Below are positions 1 through 10,397 of a DNA stretch of 64,000 nucleotides, piece after piece. Position 1 is the first letter of the stretch. Every line of letters starts with the position of its first letter. The notes below the pieces were generated by a model. That model saw nothing but the letters and a program-made list of their open reading frames with translations, ran no database searches and was not told where the DNA came from. The DNA comes from Candidatus Bathyarchaeia archaeon (GTDB taxonomy: Archaea > Thermoproteota > Bathyarchaeia > 40CM-2-53-6), in contig JBEKFP010000002.1 of assembly GCA_050013255.1 (NCBI GenBank), positions 1 through 64,000 on the forward strand, written 5' to 3'. Both the position numbers and the translations under genes were made by a program.

Positions 1-126
1 GGCTACGGCTTAGTTCGCGGGACGGAGCCTGGTGAAAACATAGTCGCAGAAATGAGCGACGTCCCGAACCCGGACAGGGTAGCTGATTTGATCATGTCCA
101 GATTACGCGCCAGCAAAGTTACTTAG
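1..126 (+). CDS. 3' end of a hypothetical protein (partial, runs in from window edge)
   Basis: Open frame 1 from base 1 to TAG at 124-126 (GYGLVRG...MSDVPNPDRVADLIMSRLRASKVT*). Confidence 0.5.
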   Translation, partial: GYGLVRGTEPGENIVAEMSDVPNPDRVADLIMSRLRASKVT

Positions 127-395
127 CGTCCGTGACCTTAGGAACGCACCTCTCAAGGAGAAATACAATTCAGACTTGTTCTCACGAATATCGTCTGGCA
201 CCGTGATTTGATGGTTTTCGACTGCAATTTATCGACAACAGCTACGCCTCCGAACAGTGATGGGATTACAGCACGCACATAGATATTCGAGAAGAAATAC
301 TCTGCAGATTAGTCAAATATCTGCGCTCCAAAACGATCTGAGGCTCGATAGAACTCTTTTTTATGTGACATTAGCTGGTAACCTGTCGAGAAGTC

Positions 396-710
396 TTGGC
401 TAAACATTCTCTTCATGAATTTGCGTATTATCTTAGTCTGATTGGCGGTGTTCTATTGGTAGTCTTTAGCCTGCTAGGGTTATTTGGGCATGCTGTTACG
501 ATGCCTTTCCAAGTACCGCTGCGAGGAATGACTTTCGGCTTTGCGCTTCTCCCCCTTATTCTCGGAATAATTGCGATAGTGGGTGCGAAGCACGTTACTG
601 AACTCGTATGGGCAATTGTACTGATAATTATTGGATTTATAGGCGGAGGAATCGGAGGCATCCTCGTGTTACTAGGCGGACTCCTAGGCCTCATCTCAAA
701 GTACGTTTAG
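396..710 (+). CDS. Small Gly-rich membrane protein
   Basis: 3-4 hydrophobic helices; T-rich TATA-like TTTTTTATG ~35 bp upstream. Confidence 0.7.
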   Translation: MAKHSLHEFAYYLSLIGGVLLVVFSLLGLFGHAVTMPFQVPLRGMTFGFALLPLILGIIAIVGAKHVTELVWAIVLIIIGFIGGGIGGILVLLGGLLGLISKYV

Positions 711-753
711 CTCACAAGAAGCTAGTATTCCTCATCGCGGATAGGAATTGTAT

Positions 754-1053
754 TCAGAATAGTATCGATGCAAGAAGCAGAAGGAATGCTAAACCTACGG
801 CGAGGCCAGTGAAGAACCCTGCCACATGGCGAAACGGATGGCCAGTGAGAACGCCAGTCAACGTCGTGCGCACACCGCTCAAGTAATCCGCCAACGGAAC
901 CAGCATACTCAGAAAAACAATCCACCAAGCATATCGACCAAGCAATCCTACAACCTGCGGACTGAACGAAACATTGGCCCCACCCATGCCGACCAGCCCG
1001 ATAGCAACACCAAACACAAGACCGAATACCACTGCCATAGCGATCTTCAACAC
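754..1053 (-). CDS. Small membrane protein
   Basis: Three hydrophobic segments; follows lysS on the same strand. Confidence 0.65.
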   Translation of the reverse strand: MLKIAMAVVFGLVFGVAIGLVGMGGANVSFSPQVVGLLGRYAWWIVFLSMLVPLADYLSGVRTTLTGVLTGHPFRHVAGFFTGLAVGLAFLLLLASILF

Positions 1054-1109
1054 AAACAGACCCTGACGACCATCTCACTCTCTTCTCACTATTAATTGTA
1101 ATACTGAGC

Positions 1110-2789
1110 TTAGGTTGCTTGTTCCGATGCACGTTGCAGGGCGTTGGCTACGTTCGTGCTTCCCATGGCCTTGATGTAGGGGCCTAACCTGGGTCCCTTC
1201 GGCGAACCCAATAGAATGGTGTACAACAATCTAAAGAAATCAGGTGGGTCAAGCGAATATTTTTTCGCGATATTGAATATTGAATTCTGAATGATCCTTT
1301 CATCAGTCTCAGATTTGACGACGGAGATGAGGTCCTCAATGGCCAGCCTCTGAGGGCCAGTTATCGCGATTCGTGTTTCAGGTATCTGGGTAAAGTCCTT
1401 CGCCCAATTCATGGCATAGTCTAGTCTCTGCTGGAAATCAGGTAATGGTTGGTTCTTCAAGTAGCCATATTCCCTCAACTTGGATTCGACGTATTCCCTT
1501 CTATTCTCAGGCGGTGCCACGGTAACCAAGTACACAAGTAAATTGTAGGGCACGTGTGTGCCAGAGGCGGAGGGCGGCTTCAGGAACCATGAGTACTCAT
1601 ACAGGCCTCTGAGTTTCGCGACCTCCTTTTCATCGTTGGGCTTAATGCCGAAATAGACCTGTTCAAGATAATCGAGTTCATTCGCATATGTTGGGATGTC
1701 TTCAACTCCGACGCTGCGTGCGCCCGTAATGCGCTTGAACATTAGCAGATTGAGCGATGTTGGAGATGCGTATTTGAACCATGTCTGAGGCGTTATCACA
1801 TCGACCGCTGATTTCGATTTGGAAATTTTCTTTCCGCCTTTGTCGAGAAACAGCTCGTAGCGGACGTGGTACGGAGGAGGAGAGCCTAGGATTTCCTCGC
1901 AGACTCTGTCGTTAACCCGAACGGAATCTGTAAGCTCCTTGCCGTGTGCCTCGAAGTTTATCTTCAATGCATCCCAGCGGACGGCGAACTCGGCTTTCCA
2001 TGGGACCTTTCCGTGGCCCTCTTTGAAATCTACTTCACCCTTGTAACCACATCCCTGAAGCGTCTGCCCTTTGATTTCGGACCCGCCTTCGCAGACGTAA
2101 CGGACCTTGTCGGTTTTGGATTCAAACTCTAGGCTGCGGGTTGTGTAGATCCTCCCGCATGAACCACAAATGGGAAAGTATGGTAGCATCGTAGTATACT
2201 TCTCCTGACCCACTTCCTCCTTCACAATCTTGCCGACACGATCGGCTTCGAGGAGTATTTTCCGGATCTGAGTTGTGAACAAACCTTTTCTGTAATCTTC
2301 CGTCGCTGAATGGAAGACGTACTCAGCGCCGCACTTGTCCATTGCTTCCCTCAGCAACGAGTTCATGTGCAAACCGTAACTTTCATGGCAATTGTATGGG
2401 TCAGGGATTGCTGAGACCGGATGGCCTAGATACTTCTTGAGCGAATCCGGCATGCCCGAGGGAACCTTTCTTAGCCCATCCAGGTCGTCAGAGTACGCAA
2501 TGAATTCCGCTTTCGCTCCGTCACTGTCGAGGGCGAGTTTGACCCCATAAGCTCGAATGACATCGCCGAGGCTACCGATGTGTGGTATTCCTGAAGCTCC
2601 TAGGCCGCTTTCCGTTCTCAAGACATCGGCTTTTCTACCAAGTTTTGTCTCGCGCTCAAGGACACGGCGGGCAACCATGTCCAGCCATGTTCCACGGCCA
2701 ACAATCTCGAGGTTCGAGCGCGTCACCAATCCCATCCCATCTCTTCTTGTTAGTATACATTGATTCAGATATTCTTTATAGCAACACAA
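1110..2789 (-). CDS. lysS: Class I lysyl-tRNA synthetase (true start probably the internal Met near 2735)
   Basis: GLGASGIPHIGS (HIGH-like), YSDDLDGLRKVP, KISKS (KMSKS-like), CxxC zinc knuckles, C-terminal GPRLG. Confidence 0.95.
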   Translation of the reverse strand: MCCYKEYLNQCILTRRDGMGLVTRSNLEIVGRGTWLDMVARRVLERETKLGRKADVLRTESGLGASGIPHIGSLGDVIRAYGVKLALDSDGAKAEFIAYSDDLDGLRKVPSGMPDSLKKYLGHPVSAIPDPYNCHESYGLHMNSLLREAMDKCGAEYVFHSATEDYRKGLFTTQIRKILLEADRVGKIVKEEVGQEKYTTMLPYFPICGSCGRIYTTRSLEFESKTDKVRYVCEGGSEIKGQTLQGCGYKGEVDFKEGHGKVPWKAEFAVRWDALKINFEAHGKELTDSVRVNDRVCEEILGSPPPYHVRYELFLDKGGKKISKSKSAVDVITPQTWFKYASPTSLNLLMFKRITGARSVGVEDIPTYANELDYLEQVYFGIKPNDEKEVAKLRGLYEYSWFLKPPSASGTHVPYNLLVYLVTVAPPENRREYVESKLREYGYLKNQPLPDFQQRLDYAMNWAKDFTQIPETRIAITGPQRLAIEDLISVVKSETDERIIQNSIFNIAKKYSLDPPDFFRLLYTILLGSPKGPRLGPYIKAMGSTNVANALQRASEQAT

Positions 2790-2842
2790 TGTTACGGTAC
2801 CAAAACCCAGGAAATCAAAGAGCCGTCAAGGAAGTCTGAACT

Positions 2843-3403
2843 ATGGCCTCGAATATCAACCGCACAAAGGCGCTATGGGCGATCGGAATCGCAGCAGTCA
2901 TCGGCCTACTGGACCAGTTCTACATGTTCTACATTACATCTTTCACTTTTCAGGTAAGGACACAAACCGTTGATGTGGGTGGATTTAAGCTCTTGATTCC
3001 GATTCAGTGGTTGCCGATTCTCGGAGTCTTTCTAGCGACCTTGGTCGGCTGGTTTGAGGTTTCGGACAAGATATTCCCTAGGCGAAGTGGGCCTGAAATT
3101 GACCAGCTCGGATACGCACGTTTGCTCCGTGCAATTGCCTTTTCAGTCTTGACTTTTGTCTGCGTTCTCTACATCCCCTACCTGCTTGGTTCGAATTGGT
3201 TTTGGGCCAAGGTAAGTAGGCTCGGGCATAGTATTCCTCAGCTCCGCGATATCGGCCTATCATTACTCAACACGCAAGAGCCTGTAATGACACTTGACCC
3301 GCTTTGGCAGTATTCTATATCTCAAGTTCTCGCCACCGCCGCAATGCTGCTGGTCGCTTGGGCATTTAGCAGGACCTCAAGGCGACCAAGAAAGCCCCGG
3401 TAG
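2843..3403 (+). CDS. Hypothetical membrane protein
   Basis: Four TM segments and a basic C-terminal tail. Confidence 0.75.
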   Translation: MASNINRTKALWAIGIAAVIGLLDQFYMFYITSFTFQVRTQTVDVGGFKLLIPIQWLPILGVFLATLVGWFEVSDKIFPRRSGPEIDQLGYARLLRAIAFSVLTFVCVLYIPYLLGSNWFWAKVSRLGHSIPQLRDIGLSLLNTQEPVMTLDPLWQYSISQVLATAAMLLVAWAFSRTSRRPRKPR

Positions 3404-3489
3404 ACGCCGAATAGACTCGAGCCTGCCAATAAGGACTAAAAGCGCCCCTTCTAGGTTTAGTCGAAAGTTAGGACGCGACGGTAAGCCGC

Positions 3490-3723
3490 ATGGCCGATCA
3501 TTGCCCGCTCTGCCGGAGGCCAAAGAAACCTCCCTCCGAATTCTGTGCCTTCCATTATACAGCTCAAACTAACCTCGAGGCCGCTTATGCGGTTTGGTGC
3601 AAGTCAATCGGCCTTAATTTGACGAAAGAAGAATACTATGCAAGGTTGGAGAAAAGGGACGAAACTGGCGCCGCCGTGAAAGCATTGATCCAGTACCTCC
3701 GCAAAAACGGAGGCGTGGCCTAA
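3490..3723 (+). CDS. Small CxxC...CxxH zinc-finger protein
   Basis: CPLC-x9-CAFH; stop codon abuts the topA start. Confidence 0.7.
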   Translation: MADHCPLCRRPKKPPSEFCAFHYTAQTNLEAAYAVWCKSIGLNLTKEEYYARLEKRDETGAAVKALIQYLRKNGGVA

Positions 3724-5901
3724 GTGCCAACAACCCTCATAGTAACTGAGAAGCCAGACGCTGCACTCCACGTGGCGGAAGCATTAGCTAGCGACCAAAC
3801 ACCACATAGAGTTAGCGTCGATGGCGTTCCGTTTTTCGAGGTTCAGGGGGACGGCGGGCGAATACTTGTTTGCTCAGCGCTCGGACACTTGTACGCAGTC
3901 GGCGCTAAGGGAAATGAAAAGCGTTCGCAGTATCCAGTCTGGGACTTTGCGTGGATGCCGAAACATCTAGCGGAGCGCGGCCAAGGGAGGCAGGAGAAGT
4001 GGATCCAAGCAATTTCCAAAATGTCGAAGGAAGCTGACCGTTTCATAAATGCATGCGATTTCGATATTGAAGGTTCGCTAATCGGCTATACCGTACTCAA
4101 ATACGCGTGTGGCGGAGCGGACAAGAAAGCGCGCCGAATGAAATTCTCAACCCTGACCGCCAAGGAATTGCGTGACTCGTACCGCAAGATGCTACCTGAG
4201 CTTGATTTTTCCATGGCCTACGCGGGGATGTGTCGTCACGAGGTTGATTGGCTCTACGGAATCAATTTGTCCCGCGCGCTCACGCAATCTGCCCTCAAGG
4301 CCAGCAACCGATACTTAACCCTCAGCACGGGAAGAGTGCAGGGTCCGACCCTACGCTTCGTCGTTGACAGGGAACGTGAGATCGAGACCTTCGTTCCAGT
4401 TCCATACTGGGTGTTAAGAGCACGGGTGGATGTCGACGGCGATGTCATCGAAGCTGAGTACGAGTTCGAGAGGTTAGAAACCAAAGCACAAGCTGAACAA
4501 GCGGTTAGCGATTGCGCCGGGAGGAAGGGGGTCGTTGAGAAACTTGAATCCAGAACGTACCAGTTGTCGCCTCCCACTCCATTTGACCTTTCCGCGCTCC
4601 AAAGCGAAGCGTACAGGCATTTTGGCTACAGCCCCCGTGTTTCGCTTAGCATAGCGGAACGCCTTTACTTGGACCAGTTGATCTCCTACCCGCGAACCTC
4701 AAGTCAAAAGCTTCCCCCTTCGATTGGCTACGACGAAATCTTGACGGGGCTGAAGCAGATCAGTGCTTATAGTTCAGGCTCGTCAGGCCTTCTAGCTTCG
4801 GGCAGCCTTCGGCCCACCCAGGGAGAGAAAGATGACCCGGCACATCCAGCCGTTTACCCTACAGGTTCTGTTCCGCGAGGAGAACTCGACTCTCGGGGAC
4901 AGAAGGTTTTCGACTTAGTTGTAAGACGATTTCTTGCCACATTCGGTACAACCGCGACAAAACAAAGCGACAAGGCCACGATGCGAGTCGGGAAACATGC
5001 CTTCTTCGTACGTGGTTCACGAATTTTGAAGAAAGGGTGGATCCCTCTCTACGGGCAATACGCCAAATTCGAAGAAATCACACTCCCTCTGCTGACCGAG
5101 GGACAGGAGGTTATAGTGGATGCTGTTTCATTGGAGGAGAAGTACACTCAGCCTCCGCCTCGCTACAACCCGAGCAGCCTTCTCAAAGCCATGGAGGAAG
5201 CAGAAATCGGAACAAAGGCAACGCGTGCTGACATAATTGAAACCCTCTACAAGCGCGGCTATGTGAAGGAGCAGCGGATAAGCGCGACTCCACTAGCATT
5301 TCGAGTCATAGAGATTCTGATGGAACATTGCCCCAAGGTTATCGACGTCACCTTCACCCGCGAACTTGAATCCAAGATGGAGCAGATCGAACATGGAAAA
5401 CAAATCCGCGAAAACGTGGTCATAGAAACCGTAGCCTACCTGAAGCCAGTAATCGAAGAATTGAAGAGGAAAGAGCAGGAAGTGGGCCAAGAACTGACCG
5501 AAGTTATTGATGACATGTGGCTAGCCTCCGTCAGGTTGTTCGTGCCATGCCCACAGTGCGGATCGACCCTAAAGATCGTAAAGAACCCCAAGACGAAGAA
5601 GCGCTTTATCGGCTGCGCCGGCAAATGGACGAAGAAATGCGATTTCGGATTATCCTTGCCACAGTTCGGTGCCCTGAAGCTCTTAGAGAAACGTTGTCCC
5701 GAATGCGGTTTTCAGCTAATCCAAGTAAAGTCAAGGGGCCGGTACCCAATGATTTCCTGCCCGAAGTGCTATGTGAACAAGCTAAGGAACCTGAAACCAA
5801 CTGAAACGGTTACCGTTAAGCCCAGAGTAACCAAACAATCATTCAAGAATAGACCTCCCTATACACCTCAAGCGTCTTCCTCGCCACATTATCCCACGTA
5901 A
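3724..5901 (+). CDS. topA: DNA topoisomerase IA
   Basis: TOPRIM (VTEKP, ACDFDIEG), STGRVQGP, catalytic ISYPRT, GTKATRADIIE, C-terminal zinc ribbons. Confidence 0.96.
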   Translation: MPTTLIVTEKPDAALHVAEALASDQTPHRVSVDGVPFFEVQGDGGRILVCSALGHLYAVGAKGNEKRSQYPVWDFAWMPKHLAERGQGRQEKWIQAISKMSKEADRFINACDFDIEGSLIGYTVLKYACGGADKKARRMKFSTLTAKELRDSYRKMLPELDFSMAYAGMCRHEVDWLYGINLSRALTQSALKASNRYLTLSTGRVQGPTLRFVVDREREIETFVPVPYWVLRARVDVDGDVIEAEYEFERLETKAQAEQAVSDCAGRKGVVEKLESRTYQLSPPTPFDLSALQSEAYRHFGYSPRVSLSIAERLYLDQLISYPRTSSQKLPPSIGYDEILTGLKQISAYSSGSSGLLASGSLRPTQGEKDDPAHPAVYPTGSVPRGELDSRGQKVFDLVVRRFLATFGTTATKQSDKATMRVGKHAFFVRGSRILKKGWIPLYGQYAKFEEITLPLLTEGQEVIVDAVSLEEKYTQPPPRYNPSSLLKAMEEAEIGTKATRADIIETLYKRGYVKEQRISATPLAFRVIEILMEHCPKVIDVTFTRELESKMEQIEHGKQIRENVVIETVAYLKPVIEELKRKEQEVGQELTEVIDDMWLASVRLFVPCPQCGSTLKIVKNPKTKKRFIGCAGKWTKKCDFGLSLPQFGALKLLEKRCPECGFQLIQVKSRGRYPMISCPKCYVNKLRNLKPTETVTVKPRVTKQSFKNRPPYTPQASSSPHYPT

Positions 5902-7015
5902 ACCGCCGGCAAGTTCTCATCCCTTCCTTCGTTAATCTTCGTCGAAGCCGCGCATCTGAAGCAATGCTCTTCATAGATTCTGATAGCGCATCAGGATCCG
6001 CTGCTGGAACGAGTAACCCGTTGCGGCCGTTGCGAACGACTTCTGGAATGCCACCGACACGTGTAGCGATTACGGGTGTCTCCGAAGACATCGCCTCCAA
6101 CACGGTCATGCCGAAAGCTTCAGCCAGCGACGGGAGGACCAGACATTTCGCCATGCCGAGAATTTTCCAGGCTTCTCTTTGCGGGACTCTGCCAGTAAAC
6201 TTGACGCGTTCAAGAATGCCGAGTTCTTTAGCGAGATGTACTAGGGATGGATCGACTCCGCCTTCCAGTCGTTCCCCCACGAGCAGCAACGTGTATCTTC
6301 GGTGGTTGCCTGCGAATTTCGCAAAAGCCTCTAGAAGGTAACGTAACCCTTTGTGGGCGGTCTGGCGACCGATATACAAGAAAATGTTTCGGCGTTCACG
6401 CGAGGGCCGGGATTCATCCACGTTCACTCCGTTGTGTATGACCCGCACCTTGCCCGGGTCAACATTGTATCTCGAAACAAGTTCATGTTTGACGCTGTTT
6501 GAGACTGCAATTACCGCTTTCGAGCTTAATGCGAGGTTTTTTTCGGCATTCATTAACCTGCGGTTCATGCCTGCGAATTGTAGATCAAATAATGAAATTG
6601 GCTGCTGATGTTGTAGTGTGTCAGAATATTCGGCCCAAACCACATGGAAGGTTGAAACAATTTGTTCCGTCCCTTTGGGCAGAAAAGCATGTGGGACGTG
6701 CACGTGGACTAATTCGTGGTCGTTCATTCGAACGAGTCTTAAGCCCGAGAGATATTGAGCGAGAAGTAGAGGGAAGCTCCGCGCGTGAATTCGCGCGAGG
6801 TTGTTGATTTCGAATTGTTCAATAGGCCTCCCATAGGTGGCGGTTACCAGCCGAAGGTTGACATTGGGACTCAACCTTCTGCATAGATTTTGGACGTGCG
6901 TACCCACGCCCCCCCAGCAGGGAGGATATTCAGATGAGAACATACTGACGCTCAACCTTCGCCCAAGACCTGATGAGTTTCTCTCTGACTCCACAATTCT
7001 CACCGGTTCAATCAT
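5843..7015 (-). CDS. Glycosyltransferase family 4 (start uncertain)
   Basis: EYPPxxGGV, IHNGV, GRQTAHKG, PSLAEAFGMTVLEAM. Confidence 0.92.
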   Translation of the reverse strand: MIEPVRIVESERNSSGLGRRLSVSMFSSEYPPCWGGVGTHVQNLCRRLSPNVNLRLVTATYGRPIEQFEINNLARIHARSFPLLLAQYLSGLRLVRMNDHELVHVHVPHAFLPKGTEQIVSTFHVVWAEYSDTLQHQQPISLFDLQFAGMNRRLMNAEKNLALSSKAVIAVSNSVKHELVSRYNVDPGKVRVIHNGVNVDESRPSRERRNIFLYIGRQTAHKGLRYLLEAFAKFAGNHRRYTLLLVGERLEGGVDPSLVHLAKELGILERVKFTGRVPQREAWKILGMAKCLVLPSLAEAFGMTVLEAMSSETPVIATRVGGIPEVVRNGRNGLLVPAADPDALSESMKSIASDARLRRRLTKEGMRTCRRFTWDNVARKTLEVYREVYS

Positions 7016-8391
7016 CTGGAAAGGCTTATACCAGCTGGAGTTACGCTACGATTCGTTTCGTCACTTGGAAGTCGGCTCTTATGAATTGGTTTCCCGCGAA
7101 CCTGACCAACCTACAGCAGCTAGTGCTGTTCTTGGTTGCAATGGTCACGGGCCTAATTTCGATTTATGCCTTTAACATCTGGGTTCTGACCATTCTATCG
7201 ATAAGGGGAAGGAGCAAGGTTGCCGATCCCCCGGCTCTGAATTCATTTCCAAGAGTTTCGGTTCACCTCCCACTCTTTAACGAGGAACGAGTCGCAAAGC
7301 GACTCCTCGACGCTTGCACAAATCTCGATTATCCGCGCGATAAGCTCGAAATTATTGTTGTTGACGACTCGTCAGATGGGACAACGAAGATAGCTCGAGA
7401 GTTTGAGGCCAAGTTTCCAGGCCTAGTGAAGGTAATCCACCGAGACGACCGTACCGGGTTCAAGGCTGGTGCCCTTCAACTGGCGATGGAGAAAAGTGAC
7501 GGGGAATTTATCGCCCTCTTTGATGCTGACTATATTCCGCCACGAAACTTTCTGCAAAAGATGATTCCCTACCTATACGTGGACGACAAAGTCGCGTTTG
7601 TCCAGTCTAGGTGGAGTTACCTCGACGGCCAATTCTCCTGGATTGCTAAAGCTATCTCTCTCGCCATCGATGTTTACGCGTTCGTAGATCAGCGGGCTCG
7701 GTATGTCGGCAACCTACTTGCCCATTTCAGCGGTACGTGCGGAATTTTCAGAAGGCGAGCGATTGAGAACGCTGGTGGGTGGAGTGCAGACACGCTTGCG
7801 GAGGACCTCGACCTTTCAATTAGACTTCATCTGAAAGGTTGGCGCTACATTTACGTCCCAACAGTCGTTTGCCCAGGCGAGATTCCACCGAGCTTTGACA
7901 ATCTGAGGCATCAACAGTTCCGCTGGGCGAAAGGTTTCTCCGAGTGCTTGCGGAAATACGGCGGCGCAATTGTGCGCAGCAAGCGGTTGAACTTCTTTCA
8001 GAAAATGGAGGCCCTCTTACATCTGGGAACCTACTTCATGTGCCCATTGACGATAATTGGCGTTGTTGTCGCCCTATTGTACTACTCCATTTTTCCACCA
8101 TCGTTCTGGCTGATGGGTTTCTGGAGAAATCAAGTCGCTCTATTGACCTTCTTCCTCTCGCTCGTAATCTATAGCGCGCCGCTAATTGCGTCAGGTGTGA
8201 CGCTGTCAGAGTTTTCGCAACTTGGGATAACAAAAGCCAGAAGGATACTTCACTTAGGCTACTTAGGTGCACTTGTCTACGGCTTGCTCCTCAGCAACAC
8301 GAGAGCCGTCATAGAAGGTTTGTTTTCGAGAACCTCGTACTTCTATCGCACACCAAAACTCGGCTCAATTCCCAGTGCATCAGAAAGTTAG
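6973..8391 (+). CDS. Processive GT2 glycosyltransferase, cellulose-synthase-like (likely start 7081)
   Basis: DD, FKAGAL, DAD, AEDLD and QQFRW (D,D,D,QxxRW) motifs plus TM helices. Confidence 0.92.
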   Translation: MSFSLTPQFSPVQSSGKAYTSWSYATIRFVTWKSALMNWFPANLTNLQQLVLFLVAMVTGLISIYAFNIWVLTILSIRGRSKVADPPALNSFPRVSVHLPLFNEERVAKRLLDACTNLDYPRDKLEIIVVDDSSDGTTKIAREFEAKFPGLVKVIHRDDRTGFKAGALQLAMEKSDGEFIALFDADYIPPRNFLQKMIPYLYVDDKVAFVQSRWSYLDGQFSWIAKAISLAIDVYAFVDQRARYVGNLLAHFSGTCGIFRRRAIENAGGWSADTLAEDLDLSIRLHLKGWRYIYVPTVVCPGEIPPSFDNLRHQQFRWAKGFSECLRKYGGAIVRSKRLNFFQKMEALLHLGTYFMCPLTIIGVVVALLYYSIFPPSFWLMGFWRNQVALLTFFLSLVIYSAPLIASGVTLSEFSQLGITKARRILHLGYLGALVYGLLLSNTRAVIEGLFSRTSYFYRTPKLGSIPSASES

Positions 8392-8392
8392 G

Positions 8393-8836
8393 CTACGGCT
8401 TTGCTTCCGTTTCCGAGGGCGGGGCCGCGAATGGTTTATGCAACATATCAAGTATCCTGTCGCTCTTGAGCGCATTCCTTCTGTCAATTAACAGAAGCAA
8501 CGAGAGCGTCAGGAATACTAGGTAAACTACCATTGATGCGTTAAGCATGGCGTTTGGGATGTTCGGATACCATCCGACAACATTAACTGAAAAGATGAGC
8601 GCCCAAGCGAAGAGAGCGAACATTAGCGGAAAGCTGAAGATGCCAAGCCAGTACGCCCACTTGGATAGGAAGTACAAGGCGGCCGCGATGACTATTGAAA
8701 TGCCGCCCAAAACCAATAGATGATAAGCTGCTCTATCGAACAACGCCCAGAAAGCCAACATATAGGCTCCGCCAACAACGTAGAAGACGAGAGGTACCCA
8801 GATGCCTGCTGTCCGTTCAGTGAACGTTTCTGTCAA
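8393..8836 (-). CDS. Hypothetical membrane protein
   Basis: Four TM segments. Confidence 0.7.
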   Translation of the reverse strand: MTETFTERTAGIWVPLVFYVVGGAYMLAFWALFDRAAYHLLVLGGISIVIAAALYFLSKWAYWLGIFSFPLMFALFAWALIFSVNVVGWYPNIPNAMLNASMVVYLVFLTLSLLLLIDRRNALKSDRILDMLHKPFAAPPSETEAKP

Positions 8837-8874
8837 TCTCTGCGCCCCACAACTTTTGGGAGTCCTTATTACGC

Positions 8875-8893
8875 CTAAACATGTGCCATAAAG
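8875..8893 (+). repeat. Left copy of imperfect 19-bp direct repeat flanking the MTase/MORC-HK/REC cassette
   Basis: CTAAACATGTGCCATAAAG vs CTAAGTATATGCCATAAAG at 13892-13910 (16/19 identical). Confidence 0.45.
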
Positions 8894-9065
8894 ATGCTTG
8901 TTTTTTCTAAGCTTTACTCGCTCACTAAGCTTTGCATCTGAAGTTTAGGATGGTTTGGTATGCGTAGAGAATCTTACAGGTGCGGCGCTTGCGGGCTCAA
9001 ACGTGAATTCAGTGCCATAAAAGACCGATTGACGCCTCATTTCACTCTCCCCCAACAGGCGTCGG

Positions 9066-10397
9066 TCACTTCCACTCTGGTGTTCCGATTCTGAAAGCGA
9101 GGGCTCCATATCTTTGTAGCATATTGTCAATGTACGGGGAATCTAGCCTGGCGATCCTCTTCCACTTTAAGAGTTCATCACGTCCAACACTAGCCACCTT
9201 GTTGAGGTCGAAACATACTGCGAATGGCTCTTTGGCATTATCTTCGATCAAATTGCGAGTGACATGGAAACGCACTGGAGGCGGACTCTCACTGTTGGGA
9301 TCGAGATACCTAGCCTTAAGGTAGCTGACGATATGATCGGGTACAGCGGAGCCTTTTGCATTACTAGAGCCCGTCGCCAAAGCCTTCTCAAGTTTCTCCT
9401 TCAAGTGATAATCTCTAATGTACGGTGGATATTTCGGATCTTGAAACAACCTCTCGTCTAGTGGAAACCCAAGGCACAGAAGGATCGAGTCCGCTTTGTT
9501 TTGGGCAAAATCACAGACGGGAGTGAGCACAATGCCATAATTATCAAATGATTTTTCATCTGCCTTCTTGCAAATGTCTCCAGTCCATGCAGGTTCTCCA
9601 GCTCTTGGGGAGAGGAACTGTATCCGATTGTACATCTGATTCCGATTTGGAGATGTCGGCCATGGTTGCGAGTTTAGAGACTTGACCAGATCGTCTAGTT
9701 TCTCTAGATAGGCTCCTTCTTCAACTCTCCTTGATGCGAGGCGCGTGAGAATGCCGATAAGTTCGCGGGTCACTGACGCTGACACTGATCCCGTGCCAAG
9801 AGACTCATGGATAGACTTGACAAGCGCCACGATACAACAGTCAACGTCGATGGCAACAAGATCTCTCAGAGCCAAATCTCTCGCGTTGTCAATTACCCCC
9901 TCCCAATGGAGAAGCAGATCGAAAGCTTTTCTTGAGCCGACTTCCTCTATCACGAGCTTAGCAAGACGACCAGGCGTCTCCACTTCCTCTTTGGTCATTC
10001 CTTTACTTGATACTATTCCGTGGATTGGCGATCCAAAGAAATTCTTATACTGTTTTTCCAGATTCTTAGGATCACCTGTCTGAAAGTCAACAGAAACTAT
10101 TACCACAAGGAATGGCCCAGGAATCTGATTCAAAGCTTTTGCAGGGAGAGCGTAGAAAGCGTCCCCCGCATCTCGTCCGCCAGAACCCTCTGCCAAGTCC
10201 AAGTCCAAGATAACGACTCGCACATTCCTTATCGAGGCTGGCAACGGTGCTTGTCCATTCCAGTATTGTACCGCGATACCTCTCTCTGCGAGTGCTAGAG
10301 CGATTGGCCCCACCTCGCTAAACTTGTCGTCAACAATTAGAACCCTTCCAAGATAGGGGGATTCAACTTTCACGTCTTCCACATGTTTCATAGTCAT
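9066..10397 (-). CDS. Atypical response regulator (receiver domain plus uncharacterised C-terminal domain)
   Basis: VLIVDD, VILDLDL phosphoacceptor; C-terminal LTPVCDFAQ and RIARL..PY...QRY...RIG; 4-bp ATGA overlap with the kinase gene. Confidence 0.8.
   Translation of the reverse strand: MTMKHVEDVKVESPYLGRVLIVDDKFSEVGPIALALAERGIAVQYWNGQAPLPASIRNVRVVILDLDLAEGSGGRDAGDAFYALPAKALNQIPGPFLVVIVSVDFQTGDPKNLEKQYKNFFGSPIHGIVSSKGMTKEEVETPGRLAKLVIEEVGSRKAFDLLLHWEGVIDNARDLALRDLVAIDVDCCIVALVKSIHESLGTGSVSASVTRELIGILTRLASRRVEEGAYLEKLDDLVKSLNSQPWPTSPNRNQMYNRIQFLSPRAGEPAWTGDICKKADEKSFDNYGIVLTPVCDFAQNKADSILLCLGFPLDERLFQDPKYPPYIRDYHLKEKLEKALATGSSNAKGSAVPDHIVSYLKARYLDPNSESPPPVRFHVTRNLIEDNAKEPFAVCFDLNKVASVGRDELLKWKRIARLDSPYIDNMLQRYGALAFRIGTPEWK

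Noticed and set aside
304-324. GCAGAT-N9-ATCTGC inverted repeat upstream of the 396 gene
   Set aside because: The 6-bp arms are within chance expectation and no second copy was noticed.
722-1132. 136-aa Cys-rich ORF and the many other antisense or overlapping ORFs in the track (e.g. 22475-22930, 47675-48238, 63659-63988)
   Set aside because: They overlap better-supported genes and have no recognisable motifs.
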